A stretch of DNA of 64,000 nucleotides, taken from contig DASTAC010000172.1 of the NCBI GenBank assembly GCA_035713045.1, positions 17,862 to 81,861 on the forward strand, given 5' to 3'. Source of the DNA: Steroidobacteraceae bacterium. GTDB lineage: Bacteria; Pseudomonadota; Gammaproteobacteria; Steroidobacterales; Steroidobacteraceae. The position numbers and the translations under genes are program-made. Below the pieces are notes generated by a model. The model did no database searches and was not told the origin of the DNA. It saw only the letters and a list, made by a program, of their open reading frames with translations. Position 1 is the stretch's first letter, and each line of letters begins with the position of its first letter. Below, piece after piece: positions 8,609 to 18,502 of the stretch.

Positions 8609-9910
8609 ATGTCAGCGAACGAACGCGACGCCGGACTGGTGCGCGCACTTGGAACCTGGGGGCTCGCCGCCAGCATCATCAGCATCATCGTCGGTGCCGG
8701 CATATTCGCCGTGCCCGGCGCGCTCGCGGCCGCCATAGGGGTCTACGCCCCGCTGGCCTTTCTCGCCTGCACGCTGGCGGTCGGCGCCGTTGGAATCTGC
8801 TTTGCCGAAGGCGGCAGCCGGATTCCCACGAGCGGCGGGGTGTACGGCTACATCGAGGTGGCGCTGGGACCTCTCGCGGGCTACGTCGCCGGGACGCTCA
8901 AGTGGTTCGGCAGTCTGATGTCCGGCGCCAGCGTGGCGGCCGCGCTCGCGGACGTTGCAGCAAGCGTGACTCCACCGAATTGGGTCGGCGTCGTGCGCAC
9001 AGCCGTCATCGTCTCGTCCATCGGCGGCGTCGCGCTGATCAACGTGCGAGGCGTTCGCAGCGGCGCGCGGCTGATCGGCTTCGCGACGGCGTTGAAGCTG
9101 GTGCCGCTTTTCGTGTTCATCATCGTCGGCGCGACCGCGGTGCACCGCGCGAACTTCGCCTCCTCCGGGGCGCTCACGGCCATCGCACCCGGGCGCGCCG
9201 TCATTCTGGCCTTGTTCGCGCTGATCGGGATGGAGACCGCGCTGTGCGCGAGCGGCGAGGTCGTGGAGCCGGCGCGCACGATTCCGCGCGCCCTGGCCCT
9301 GGCACTTGGCACCGTCACCTTCCTCTACGTTTCGATCCAGGTCGTGGCGCAGGGGATCCTCGGACCCGCGCTGGCCACCTCCAAGGTGCCGTTGGCGGAC
9401 GCCATGGCGCATTTCGGACCCGGCCTGAGCGGGCTCATGTATGTCGGCGCGGCGATCTCCATGCTGGGCTGCATCGGTAGCGACATCCTGGGCAGTCCGC
9501 GCATGATGTTCGCCATCGCCCGCGACGGTCTGCTGCCACGGGCGCTCGCGCGTGTGCACCCGCGCACGCATGTGCCGCACGTCGCGATCCTGACTTACGC
9601 TGCAGTGCAGATGGCGATGGCGTTGAGCAGCACCTTCGTGGAGCTGGCGGTGCTCTCCGCCCTCACGGTGGCCGCGCTCTACATCGCCGGATGCATTGCC
9701 GCCTGGCGCCTGGCGCGCCGCGGCGTTGCGCTCGCGGGCAGGCCGCTCGGGTTTCGCTGGCTCGGGGCGGCCGCGTCTGTCGGCATCGGAGGCATGCTGA
9801 TCATCATCGTGCTCGCGACGAAGGCGGAGATCGCAGGTCTCGCGGCGCTGATCGTGATCAGCGCGGCAGCCTATCGGCTGCAGACCCGGTCCTCGGCCGC
9901 AGCCACCTGA
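8609..9910 (+). CDS. APC-superfamily amino acid permease
   Basis: About 12 predicted TM helices. IIVGAGIFAVPG and FAEGGSRIPTSGGVYGY motifs are typical of amino acid/polyamine/organocation permeases. Confidence 0.8.
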   Translation: MSANERDAGLVRALGTWGLAASIISIIVGAGIFAVPGALAAAIGVYAPLAFLACTLAVGAVGICFAEGGSRIPTSGGVYGYIEVALGPLAGYVAGTLKWFGSLMSGASVAAALADVAASVTPPNWVGVVRTAVIVSSIGGVALINVRGVRSGARLIGFATALKLVPLFVFIIVGATAVHRANFASSGALTAIAPGRAVILALFALIGMETALCASGEVVEPARTIPRALALALGTVTFLYVSIQVVAQGILGPALATSKVPLADAMAHFGPGLSGLMYVGAAISMLGCIGSDILGSPRMMFAIARDGLLPRALARVHPRTHVPHVAILTYAAVQMAMALSSTFVELAVLSALTVAALYIAGCIAAWRLARRGVALAGRPLGFRWLGAAASVGIGGMLIIIVLATKAEIAGLAALIVISAAAYRLQTRSSAAAT

Positions 9911-9938
9911 GGCGGATCGCCCGCGGAAGCCGGCCTCG

Positions 9939-10769
9939 ATGAGCGCTCGAACCCTTGCCGGCCGTACCATCGCCCTGCCCGAGAGCCGAGAGATCGAGGT
10001 GTTCGCGGCACTGCTCGAGCGGCGCGGCGCACGCGTCATCCGCTGTCCCCTCATCGCCATCCGCGATGCGCCCGATGCGGCGGCCGTGCTGGAATGGAGC
10101 CGGCGGCTCGCCGCGGGCGCGCTCGACGATCTGATCCTGCTGACCGGAGAGGGCTTGAGGCGCATCCTCTCCTGCATCGAGCATCACGAGCCGGCCCTGA
10201 AGCCGGCATTCATCGCTGCGTTGGGCGCCCTGCGCAAGGTGACGCGCGGCCCCAAGCCCGCGAAGGTCCTGCGCGAGCTGGGAATGAGGGCCGATATCGC
10301 CGCCGAGCCGCCGACGACCGCCGGGGTGATCGCCGGGCTCGGAAGCCTCGATCTGCGCGCGCGGCGCGTGGGCGTACAGCTCTATGGGACCGAGCCGAAC
10401 CGCCCCCTCATGGATTTCCTGGAAGGCGCCGGGGCCATGGTGGCGTCGGTAGCGCCTTACGTGTACGCGGACGCCGCCGACGACCAGGCGGTGCTGAGTC
10501 TCGTGGAGCAATTGCGCGCGGGCGCGGTGGACGCCATTGCCTTCACCAGCTCGGCGCAGGTCGAGCGGCTGATCTCGCTGGCCTCGGAGGACGGCGCCCG
10601 CTCGGCGCTCGCCAACACTCTGGTGGCCGCGGTCGGTCCCGTGGTGGCGGACACTCTGCGGCGGCACGGGATCGATGCGCGGTTGATGCCGCGGGAGTCG
10701 TTCTTCCTCAAGCCGCTGACGAGCGCGCTGGAGGAAGCGCTCGGCCCGGGCCGCATCGCTCCCACGTGA
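9939..10769 (+). CDS. uroporphyrinogen-III synthase (HemD)-family protein
   Basis: HemD-like two-lobe pattern (LPESRE...RCPLIAIRD...AIAFTSSAQVERL...GPVVADTLRRHGI). Stand-alone, with no hemC nearby. Confidence 0.55.
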   Translation: MSARTLAGRTIALPESREIEVFAALLERRGARVIRCPLIAIRDAPDAAAVLEWSRRLAAGALDDLILLTGEGLRRILSCIEHHEPALKPAFIAALGALRKVTRGPKPAKVLRELGMRADIAAEPPTTAGVIAGLGSLDLRARRVGVQLYGTEPNRPLMDFLEGAGAMVASVAPYVYADAADDQAVLSLVEQLRAGAVDAIAFTSSAQVERLISLASEDGARSALANTLVAAVGPVVADTLRRHGIDARLMPRESFFLKPLTSALEEALGPGRIAPT

Positions 10770-10796
10770 GTCCGCGGTCGGCTTGGACCCGGCCCG

Positions 10797-11450
10797 TCAT
10801 CCTGCCCGGTCGGGAGCCGCCCGGCGCCGCTTCACGAACGCCGCAGCCACCGGAATCAGCGACACCACGATGATGAGAACGGTGACCAGGCCGAAATTAC
10901 GCTTCACCACCGGCACGTTGCCGAAGAGATAGCCGCCCCAGAGAAAGAGCGCCACCCAGGCAAAGCCGCCGAAGAAGTTATAACCCTGGAAGCGGCCGTA
11001 GGGCATGCGGCCGACACCGGCGACGAAGGGCATGCAGGTGCGGATGATGGGGATGAACCGCGACAGCGCGACCGCCCGGCCCCCGTGGCGGCGGAAGAAC
11101 GCCTCCGTGCGACGGAGGTACTCCACCTTGAGCAGACGGTATCGGCCGCTGAATGCGGGCGGCCCGAGCAGCCGGCCGACCGCGTAGTTGACCGTATTGC
11201 CCAGCACGGCCGCCAGGCCGAGCACGAGAAAGAGGACCGGCGCCTTGAGCGTACCGCTGGTGTCGACCGCGGCGAGGGCGCCTACGCCGAAGAGCAGCGA
11301 GTCCCCGGGCAGGAACGGTGCCACCACGAGACCGGTTTCCCCGAAGATGACGGCAAAGAGGATCGGGTAGATCCAGAAATCCACGCGGGCCACCAGGGCG
11401 ACCAGGTGCCGGTCCAGGTGGAGGACGAAATCGAGCAGCCATGACAGCAC
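10797..11450 (-). CDS. DedA/SNARE-associated family membrane protein
   Basis: IFGETGLVVAPFLPGDSLLF and RFIPIIRTCMPFVAGVGRM motifs. GTG start. Confidence 0.85.
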   Translation of the reverse strand: MLSWLLDFVLHLDRHLVALVARVDFWIYPILFAVIFGETGLVVAPFLPGDSLLFGVGALAAVDTSGTLKAPVLFLVLGLAAVLGNTVNYAVGRLLGPPAFSGRYRLLKVEYLRRTEAFFRRHGGRAVALSRFIPIIRTCMPFVAGVGRMPYGRFQGYNFFGGFAWVALFLWGGYLFGNVPVVKRNFGLVTVLIIVVSLIPVAAAFVKRRRAAPDRAG

Positions 11451-11584
11451 GTCGCAGTACGCTCCCGGGTTCCCAGAGCCCCCGCTGATCGCGGGAGCGG
11501 ACCTCGCAGGCTACCAGGGATTGCGCGCCGGGGCGCCGCCGCAGTTGAGCGCCTCTGTCCGCAGGCCAGCCTGGCCTTATGGAT

Positions 11585-12973
11585 TCATGGCACCAGGTCG
11601 TCCGCGGTGAGTGCCGCAGGAGCGTCCGTAGCCATGGTCTTCAACAAATGTCCCGACCCTTCTCCGCTACGCACCTCGGCCCGCAGGGTATTCAGGGCCA
11701 GCTGCACCTCCGCGTCGCGGGACTGCAGCGAAGGGGCGCCCCTGGCGGTCATGACCGGGGCAGGCTGGTGACCGGGCCCGGTGACCACGATGTCCGGGAG
11801 GAGGCCCTTGCCCTGCACCGAGCCGCCGGACGGGGTGAAGTAGCGGGAAGTGGTGAGCTTCACGGCGCCGCCGTACTGCAGCGGGATCACGGTCTGCACC
11901 GTCCCCTTGCCATACGTCTTCTGCCCGATCAGCAGCGCGCGGCCGTGGTCCTTGAGCGCGGCCGACAGGATCTCGGCGGCTGAGGCGGTGCCGCTGTTCA
12001 CCAGCACCACGATGGGCGCACCGTTCATGAGGTCGCCCGGCGTGGCGTCCATCTCGAAGCGGGCATCGGGTGTGCGGCCCTCGGCAGTGAGGATGACGCC
12101 GCTGTTGAGGAAGTCGTCCGCGACCGCCACCCCGGACTCGAGCACGCCGCCGGGATTGTCGCGCAGGTCGAGCACCAGCCCGCGAAGGCCGCCGGGATTG
12201 TCGCGCTGGAGGGCCGATATCGCGCTGCTCACCTCTTCAGGCGTGGTGTCGCTGAACTCCTCGATGCGCACATAGCCGTATCCGGGACTCAGGTTCTGAT
12301 ACGCGACGCTATGCACCTCGACGTTCGCGCGGCGCAGGTCGAAGCTCATCACGCCGGGCTTGCCCGCGCGATGGATGGTGAGAGTCACGGTGCTTCCCGT
12401 TGCGCCACGCATATGATTGATTGCGCCCGAGACGTCGGATCCAACGTCCTTGCCGTTGATCGCCACGATCTCATCGCCCGCGCGCAGGCCCGCCCGCTCG
12501 GCCGGCGAGCCGGGCATCGCCTGGAGGATCTTCACCGCGGAGCCGTCCGCGGCCACTTCGATGCCGACGCCGGGGTAGGAGCCCATCGCGCTCAAACGGG
12601 TGTCGTCGAACTCCCGGCTGTTCAGATACGCGGAGTGCGGATCGAGCGAAGACACCATGCCGCGGATGGCGGCATCCATGAGCTTGCGGTCACTGATCCG
12701 ATCGACGTAATCGCGCTTGATGTGCTCGTACACCTCCGCGAAGAGGCGCGCTTCCTGCCACGGCAGGCCGTCGGCGTCCGTGGACGGAACGTTGCCGGCA
12801 TCGGCTGCTGCAGACTGCCCCGCGTGAAGGGCTTGAGCGACCGTCCCGGTCGTGTTGCCCGGCTGGCCGCCCTGAGCGCTCGGGCCCGCCAGCACACCGC
12901 CCGCGAGAGCGGCGGAAAAGCCGAAAACGGCCCCCGTGACGAGAGCGATCAGCGTGCGCTTGCCGCTCGACAT
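11585..12973 (-). CDS. S41-family carboxy-terminal processing protease (CtpA/Prc-like)
   Basis: Signal/TM segment, PDZ segment, LVNSGTASAAEIL (catalytic Ser) and KTYGKGTVQ (Lys). Confidence 0.9.
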   Translation of the reverse strand: MSSGKRTLIALVTGAVFGFSAALAGGVLAGPSAQGGQPGNTTGTVAQALHAGQSAAADAGNVPSTDADGLPWQEARLFAEVYEHIKRDYVDRISDRKLMDAAIRGMVSSLDPHSAYLNSREFDDTRLSAMGSYPGVGIEVAADGSAVKILQAMPGSPAERAGLRAGDEIVAINGKDVGSDVSGAINHMRGATGSTVTLTIHRAGKPGVMSFDLRRANVEVHSVAYQNLSPGYGYVRIEEFSDTTPEEVSSAISALQRDNPGGLRGLVLDLRDNPGGVLESGVAVADDFLNSGVILTAEGRTPDARFEMDATPGDLMNGAPIVVLVNSGTASAAEILSAALKDHGRALLIGQKTYGKGTVQTVIPLQYGGAVKLTTSRYFTPSGGSVQGKGLLPDIVVTGPGHQPAPVMTARGAPSLQSRDAEVQLALNTLRAEVRSGEGSGHLLKTMATDAPAALTADDLVP

Positions 12974-13061
12974 GTAGGAAATCCCCCCGTGGGATCAAAG
13001 GACGAAACGATGCTACGACCTGCTCTGGCGGTCAATGGCCGCCCGACCGCCGGTTGTATTC

Positions 13062-14915
13062 TCACGCCCTGCGGACGGCGCCCGCGGAGTGCGCGCCGGC
13101 GAGGGGCGTCCCGGTGAGGCCCACCAGCAGATCATCGAGCGGCAGGGGCTTCGAGATCGCATACCCCTGGCCGTAATCGACGCCCAGCGTCGCGACGCGC
13201 GAGCGGATGCTTTCCGTCTCCACGTATTCAGCGACGGTCGTGAGCGACATGGTGCGCGCGAGCTGCGCTATGGCGCGCACCATCGATTCCGCGCGCGGAT
13301 CGCTGACGACATCGCGGACGAAGCTGCCGTCTATCTTCAGCATGGTCACCGGAAGCTGGCGCAGATACGACAGCGAGGACAGCCCGGTGCCGAAGTCATC
13401 CAGCGCAATGCCACAGCCGAGCGCGCGCAGCTTGCCCATCAGGGCAGCGGCCTGCGCGATGCTCGCGATCGTGGCGTTCTCGGTGAGCTCGAAGCAGAAG
13501 AGCTCGGGCGGCAGCCGGCTCGCGGCGATCCGCTCGATGAGAAAGCCCTCGAAACCCTCGTCATTGAGCGACTGGCCGGAGAAGTTGATCGCGAAGCGGA
13601 GCGGCGCGCCGGAGAACGTGGCGGTAAAGCTCTTCAGGCGCTCGATGGCGGTCTCGATCACCCAGCGGTCGATGCTCGGCAGCAGCTGATAGCGCATCGC
13701 AGCCGACATGAAGCTGTCGGGACCCGAGGCGGTGCCGTCCTCATCGAGCATGCGCACGAGGAGCTCATAGTGCGGCGTCAGTCCCGACTCCCGGTCGAAG
13801 GGGAGGATGAGCTGCGCATCGAGGCGCAGCCGGCCGGAGCTGATCGCATCGTGGACCCGTCCGGCGATGTTGATGTCCGCGAATCTTCGCACCAGGCTGA
13901 CATCGTTCGAGCGATAGACCTCGACCCGGTTGCGGCCGCGGTCCTTGGCGGCCTTGCAGGCCGTCTCCGCGGCGGCGAGCGCGTGCATCAGCTCGCCCTC
14001 TCTGGAGTCGAGCTCCGCCACACCGACGCTGATGGAGACCCGCAGCCGCGAATTGCCGTGCATGGTGCCGAGCCGCTCGGCCGCCTCGCGCAGCATCTCG
14101 CCGAAGCGCTCGGCATCGTCGAGATGGCCCGGCACGAGCACCGCGAACCGGTCGCCGGAGATCCTGGCGGCGAACGCCCGCGGCGGCAGTCGGCTGCGCA
14201 GCAGCTCGCCGAGCTGGCCCAGCACGCCGTCGCCGACCCTCATGCCGAAGCTGTCATTGATGACGTGAAGCTGGTCGACGTTGATGTAGAGGGAGGCCCA
14301 GCGGGAGGAGCTCCCGGCGCTCGCCACCTCGAGGCGCACGCGCGCCTCGAAGGCGGGGCGGGTGTAGAGACCCGTCAGCGAATCGTAGCTGCCGTCCTGG
14401 GCGCTGCGGCTCATCCTGTCGAGCTCCGCCACCGTGCGCCTGAGTCTGCCGATGGCGATGCGAGCGAGCAGCTCGCGCCGGAGGCAGTCGAGGACGGGCC
14501 GAAGCAACGCCTCCACCAGCGAGAAGCTGCGGGCCTCGGCGTCTTGCTCGCCGCCGCGCGCGCACACGACGGCAGCGATCGCGAGCAGACGCTGCGAGTC
14601 GTCCCGAATCGAAAACACGTAGGCGGGTGTACCGTCCGCCAGCATGTGGACATCGCCAGCGGCCGCCGATGGCTGGCGGGCCTCGGCAACCCCGGCAACG
14701 ACGGAGATCACCTCTGCGGCCGCGGGGGCATCGCCCGACCAGCGCAGCGCGCCGCGGGCGTCGAAGATCCACAGGCCCTGCGCGCGCGGCAGCAGCATTC
14801 TGCAAACCTGTGCGTAGGGCTCGAAGCCGCCCCACGGGCCGGAGGGCTTTCCAGCCTCCGGGGGCCGGTCGGAGCGCGGCTCGGGGGTCGTCTTGTGTTC
14901 CAAAGGCGGGCGCAT
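13062..14915 (-). CDS. cyclic-di-GMP signalling protein: unknown N-terminal domain + degenerate GGDEF + EAL domain
   Basis: The GGDEF-domain fold (SLTGLYTRPAFE...) carries SGDRF in place of GG(D/E)EF. EAL-domain motifs present are YELLVR, FELTE, DDFGTG, KIDGSF and GQGY. The start is uncertain: GTG 14975, ATG 14915 or ATG 14798. Confidence 0.85.
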   Translation of the reverse strand: MRPPLEHKTTPEPRSDRPPEAGKPSGPWGGFEPYAQVCRMLLPRAQGLWIFDARGALRWSGDAPAAAEVISVVAGVAEARQPSAAAGDVHMLADGTPAYVFSIRDDSQRLLAIAAVVCARGGEQDAEARSFSLVEALLRPVLDCLRRELLARIAIGRLRRTVAELDRMSRSAQDGSYDSLTGLYTRPAFEARVRLEVASAGSSSRWASLYINVDQLHVINDSFGMRVGDGVLGQLGELLRSRLPPRAFAARISGDRFAVLVPGHLDDAERFGEMLREAAERLGTMHGNSRLRVSISVGVAELDSREGELMHALAAAETACKAAKDRGRNRVEVYRSNDVSLVRRFADINIAGRVHDAISSGRLRLDAQLILPFDRESGLTPHYELLVRMLDEDGTASGPDSFMSAAMRYQLLPSIDRWVIETAIERLKSFTATFSGAPLRFAINFSGQSLNDEGFEGFLIERIAASRLPPELFCFELTENATIASIAQAAALMGKLRALGCGIALDDFGTGLSSLSYLRQLPVTMLKIDGSFVRDVVSDPRAESMVRAIAQLARTMSLTTVAEYVETESIRSRVATLGVDYGQGYAISKPLPLDDLLVGLTGTPLAGAHSAGAVRRA

Positions 14916-15049
14916 GCCGCGGCAGCCGTGATCGTAAATAAATGGCTGCCACTGTCGCCGCCGGCGGGGCCTCACGGCATTGCGCGAGTTGGCGGTTCGC
15001 CCAAAAGGACCCCCGCGGCGGGGTCAAAGCTTGAACCCGCTCACAACTT

Positions 15050-16228
15050 CTAATGTCTGAGCCAGATCTGCGGGTTGAGCGGCTGGCCGTCCTTGCGGAT
15101 CTCGAAATAGAGCTCCGGCCGGGCGCTGCCGCCGCTGTCGCCGGCCTGCGCGATCGTCTGACCGGCGGCGACGTGCTGGCCGACCGACTCGTACAGACGG
15201 GCGTTGTGGCCGTAGAGGCTCATGAAGCCATCGCCATGGTCGATGATGATGAGGAGGCCGAGGCCGGCGAGCCAGTCCGCGTAGATGACCCGCCCCTGCG
15301 ATATCGCGTGCACGGGGGCGTCCCGCGCCGTCGCGAAGAGATCACCCTGCCATTTCAGGCCACCCGCCCGCACCTGCCCGTAGCTCGCGATGATCCTGCC
15401 GGCCACTGGCCGCAGCAGTCTGCCGCGCAGGCGGGCGAAGGGGTAATTCCCCAGCTCCGACTCCGGAAGGCTGGCAGTCGCCCGGCGCAACCGCGCGAGC
15501 AGCGACTCGAGCCCCTGCTGCTGCCGCCGCAGGAGGGCAAGCCGGGCGGAGCGGGTCCGGGTCTGGGCGGAGATGCTCGCCAGCACCTGCATCCGGTGGC
15601 TGCGGGCCTGCTGCAGGGTCGACACCTGCGCCTGCTGCGCCCGCTGCAGGCCGGCGAGCTTCGCATCCTGCGCCTGCAGCTGGGCATCGAGCTGCCCGAT
15701 CTGCTGCAGATCCGCCTCGATGGCCTGGATCTGCAGCGCCCGTGCGCGGCTGAAATAGCTGTAATAGACGAACATCCGGCCGGCGCGGGCGGGATCGCCC
15801 TGATTGAGGAGGAGCTTCAGCGGCTCCTCCCGCCCGATGAGGTAGGCGGCGCGCAGTTGCGCGGCGAGCGCCTCGCGCTTGCCCGCGAGGTCGGCCTCGC
15901 GCTGCTGCTTGCGCGCCTCGAGCTGCGCCCGCCGTGCGGCCGTGGCGGTGCGCTGCTGGCGCAGCGCATCGAGCGCGGCCCGCGCCTTGCCGACAGATTC
16001 CTCCGTCGCCCGAAGCTGGCGGGTGAGACGGTCCCGCTCCGCCTGGCCCTGGCTCACCTGGCGGGCGATGCGCGCGATCTGGTTGCGGACTGCCGCGAGC
16101 TGCGCTCGCGCCTGGGTGGCATCGACGTGGGAACGCTCGAGCGGCGACGCTGCCGCGGGGGCGGCGGCAAGCGCGTGGAACAGGACCGGCGCGAGCAGTC
16201 CGAGACCGAGGATGCGGAGTCGTCGCAT
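15050..16228 (-). CDS. envC: murein hydrolase activator EnvC-like (coiled coil + LytM/M23 domain)
   Basis: Signal peptide, long Q/A/R-rich coiled coil and a C-terminal M23 domain (LLIIIDHGDGFMSLYGHN). Synteny with ctp and the rhodanese-grxC-secB-gpsA unit. Start ATG at 16226-16228. Confidence 0.8.
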   Translation of the reverse strand: MRRLRILGLGLLAPVLFHALAAAPAAASPLERSHVDATQARAQLAAVRNQIARIARQVSQGQAERDRLTRQLRATEESVGKARAALDALRQQRTATAARRAQLEARKQQREADLAGKREALAAQLRAAYLIGREEPLKLLLNQGDPARAGRMFVYYSYFSRARALQIQAIEADLQQIGQLDAQLQAQDAKLAGLQRAQQAQVSTLQQARSHRMQVLASISAQTRTRSARLALLRRQQQGLESLLARLRRATASLPESELGNYPFARLRGRLLRPVAGRIIASYGQVRAGGLKWQGDLFATARDAPVHAISQGRVIYADWLAGLGLLIIIDHGDGFMSLYGHNARLYESVGQHVAAGQTIAQAGDSGGSARPELYFEIRKDGQPLNPQIWLRH

Positions 16229-16286
16229 ATGAGCGCTATAATGCGCGCCCTTTTTATGGCCGGCGCTAGCGCCGGGTGCCTTCTGC

Positions 16287-16724
16287 ATGGACCGTCTCGC
16301 TCAATACATCCAGATGCATTACTGGCTCGTCGCCGCGGCCGTCGTCGTGCTGGTGCTGGTCATTGTGTTCGAGATGCGCGCGCGCGCGGAAAGTTTAATC
16401 GCGATCTCGCCGCAGGATGCGATCCGGCTGATGAACCGCGGCGCGCTCGTCATCGACATTCGTGCCGCGGATCAGTATGCGGCCGGGCATATCTCCGGCG
16501 CGCGCCGGATGGACGGCGAGCAGATCCTGAGCGCCGGCGAGACGCTGAAGAAGTACAAGCAGAAGCCGCTCATCGTCTATTGCGAGTCGGGATCGCTCGC
16601 AATGTCGGCCACCCGTCAGCTGAAGGAGCAGGGCTTCGAGCAGGCGTTCAACCTGCGCGGCGGCATCACGGCCTGGAGGTCGGAGAGCCTCCCGCTCGAG
16701 AAGGGCGCGAAGGCGGGCGGATGA
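16287..16724 (+). CDS. membrane-anchored rhodanese-domain protein (YibN-like)
   Basis: N-terminal TM helix plus a rhodanese fold with the active-site loop VYCESGSLA. Sits upstream of grxC-secB-gpsA, as yibN does in E. coli. Confidence 0.8.
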   Translation: MDRLAQYIQMHYWLVAAAVVVLVLVIVFEMRARAESLIAISPQDAIRLMNRGALVIDIRAADQYAAGHISGARRMDGEQILSAGETLKKYKQKPLIVYCESGSLAMSATRQLKEQGFEQAFNLRGGITAWRSESLPLEKGAKAGG

Positions 16725-16978
16725 AGGTGGTGATGTACGCCACGAGCTGGTGTCCTTACTGCGCTCGCGCGCGGCAACTGCTCGAGCGCAAAGGCGTCGA
16801 GCTCGAGGAGATCGACATCGAGGCGGTGCCCGGCGCCCGGACGGAGATGATGTCCCGCAGCGGGCGGCGCACGGTGCCGCAGATCTTCATCGGCGAGACG
16901 CACGTCGGCGGGTGCGAGGATCTCCAAGATCTCGAAGCCCGCGGGGGTCTCGACAAACTATTGCAGACTGGAGTGTGA
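16721..16978 (+). CDS. grxC: glutaredoxin 3
   Basis: MKVVMYATSWCPYCARA...TVPQIFIGETHVGGCEDL, with a CPYC active site. ATGA overlap with the preceding gene. In frame inside the spurious 15053..16978 ORF. Confidence 0.92.
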   Translation: MKVVMYATSWCPYCARARQLLERKGVELEEIDIEAVPGARTEMMSRSGRRTVPQIFIGETHVGGCEDLQDLEARGGLDKLLQTGV

Positions 16979-16981
16979 CAG

Positions 16982-17455
16982 ATGACGAATGAAGCTGCCG
17001 GCGTCGCGCCGGCGCCCGAGGCCACCACTGGCCCGGTCCTCGCCCTGCAGAGCGTGTACCTGAAGGATTGCTCCTACGAGGCGCCGAACGGGCCGCGCGT
17101 GGACGGGAGCTGGAATCCCCAGATCAACCTGGACCTGCAGACCGGCGCCACGGGGCTCGCCGCCGACATACGGGAGATCGTGCTGACGGTGACCGTGTCC
17201 GCGAAGCAGAACGAGGCCACCATCTTCCTGGTGGAGGTGAAGCAGGCAGGCATCTTCCTGATGCGGAACCTGTCGGAGGAGGACACCAAGCGGGCGATCG
17301 GCAGTGTCTGCCCCGGGGTGCTGTTCCCCTATGCCCGCGCGGCCGTATCGCACCTCGTGACCCAGGGCGGATTCCCGCAGTTTCTGCTGCCGCCGGTCAA
17401 TTTCGATGCGCTGTACGCCGCAAACCAGAATCAGCCGCCCGGCCAGACCAACTGA
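16982..17455 (+). CDS. secB: protein-export chaperone SecB
   Basis: SecB-like sequence (LQSVYLKDCSYEAPN...FLVEVKQAGIF...CPGVLFPYAR) and conserved grxC-secB-gpsA order. Confidence 0.92.
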   Translation: MTNEAAGVAPAPEATTGPVLALQSVYLKDCSYEAPNGPRVDGSWNPQINLDLQTGATGLAADIREIVLTVTVSAKQNEATIFLVEVKQAGIFLMRNLSEEDTKRAIGSVCPGVLFPYARAAVSHLVTQGGFPQFLLPPVNFDALYAANQNQPPGQTN

Positions 17456-17473
17456 CCTGACCAGGGTCGGGTC

Positions 17474-18493
17474 ATGGCAGCGGTCGCCGGGAAGGACTCG
17501 CAGGTAGCCGTCCTGGGCGCGGGCTCCTGGGGGACGGCACTCGCCATTCAGTTCGCGCGCAGCGGCCGGCCAACACGGCTGTGGGGCCGGGACCGCGCGC
17601 GCCAGGCGGACATGGCGCGGGAGCGGCGCAACGGCCGCTACCTGGCGGCGGGCACGTTTCCGCCGGCGCTGGAGGTGGAGCCCGACCTGGCGCAGGCGCT
17701 GCACGGCGTGCAGGACGTACTGATCGCCGTGCCGAGCCACGCATTCCGGCCGGTACTCGAGGAGATCAAGCCGCTCCTCGCCCCCCAGATGCGCCTCGCA
17801 TGGGCGACCAAGGGATTCGAGCTTCCCTCGGGGCTGCTGCCCCACCAGGTTGCCCGCGCGGTGCTGGGTCCGCACCGGGACCTGGCCGTGCTCTCGGGAC
17901 CGACCTTCGCGCGTGAGGTGGGCGCAGGACTGCCGACGGCGATGACGATAGCGTCGTCGGATGCCGGGTTCGCCAGGACGCTGGCACAGGATCTCTCCTC
18001 TGCGCAGTTTCGCGCCTACACGTCGACGGATATCGTCGGTGTCGAGGTCGGAGGTGCCGTCAAGAACGTGTTGGCCGTGGCAGCAGGCCTGTCGGACGGG
18101 CTCGGCTTCGGGGCCAACACCCGCGTGGCGCTCATCACGCGCGGCCTGGCGGAGATGATGCGGCTCGGCGTGGCCCTCGGCGCGCAGCGGGACACGTTCA
18201 TGGGACTGGCGGGACTGGGGGACCTGGTGCTCACCTGCACGGACGACCAGTCGCGAAACCGGCGGTTCGGCCTGGAGCTGGCCGCGGGCAAGACGCCAGA
18301 GCAGGCGCTCGCGCACATCGGGCAGGTGGTGGAGGGATACCCCGCCGCCAAGGCGCTGCACGCCGTCGCCGCTGGCGCGGGGGTGGAGATGCCGCTCTGC
18401 GAGGGGGTCTACCAGGTGCTCTACGAGAGCGTCCCGGCGCGCGAGGCGGTGCGAATGCTGATGACCCGGCCCATCAAATCGGAGACGGACTAG
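17474..18493 (+). CDS. gpsA: NAD(P)H-dependent glycerol-3-phosphate dehydrogenase
   Basis: Rossmann motif VLGAGSWGTALA, GVEVGGAVKNVLAVAAG and LTCTDDQSRNRRFG. Confidence 0.95.
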   Translation: MAAVAGKDSQVAVLGAGSWGTALAIQFARSGRPTRLWGRDRARQADMARERRNGRYLAAGTFPPALEVEPDLAQALHGVQDVLIAVPSHAFRPVLEEIKPLLAPQMRLAWATKGFELPSGLLPHQVARAVLGPHRDLAVLSGPTFAREVGAGLPTAMTIASSDAGFARTLAQDLSSAQFRAYTSTDIVGVEVGGAVKNVLAVAAGLSDGLGFGANTRVALITRGLAEMMRLGVALGAQRDTFMGLAGLGDLVLTCTDDQSRNRRFGLELAAGKTPEQALAHIGQVVEGYPAAKALHAVAAGAGVEMPLCEGVYQVLYESVPAREAVRMLMTRPIKSETD

Positions 18494-18502
18494 CGTCCAG
18501 GG

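Noticed and set aside
8612-10177. 521-aa minus-strand ORF
   Set aside because: It is antisense to the APC permease and the HemD-like gene. The sequence is Arg/His/Asp-rich and low in information, with no motifs.
13035-15053. 672-aa plus-strand ORF
   Set aside because: It is exactly antisense to the well-supported GGDEF/EAL gene. Its composition is Arg/Ala/Gly/His-rich with no recognisable motifs. It is a typical shadow ORF of high-GC DNA, where stop codons are rare in non-coding frames.
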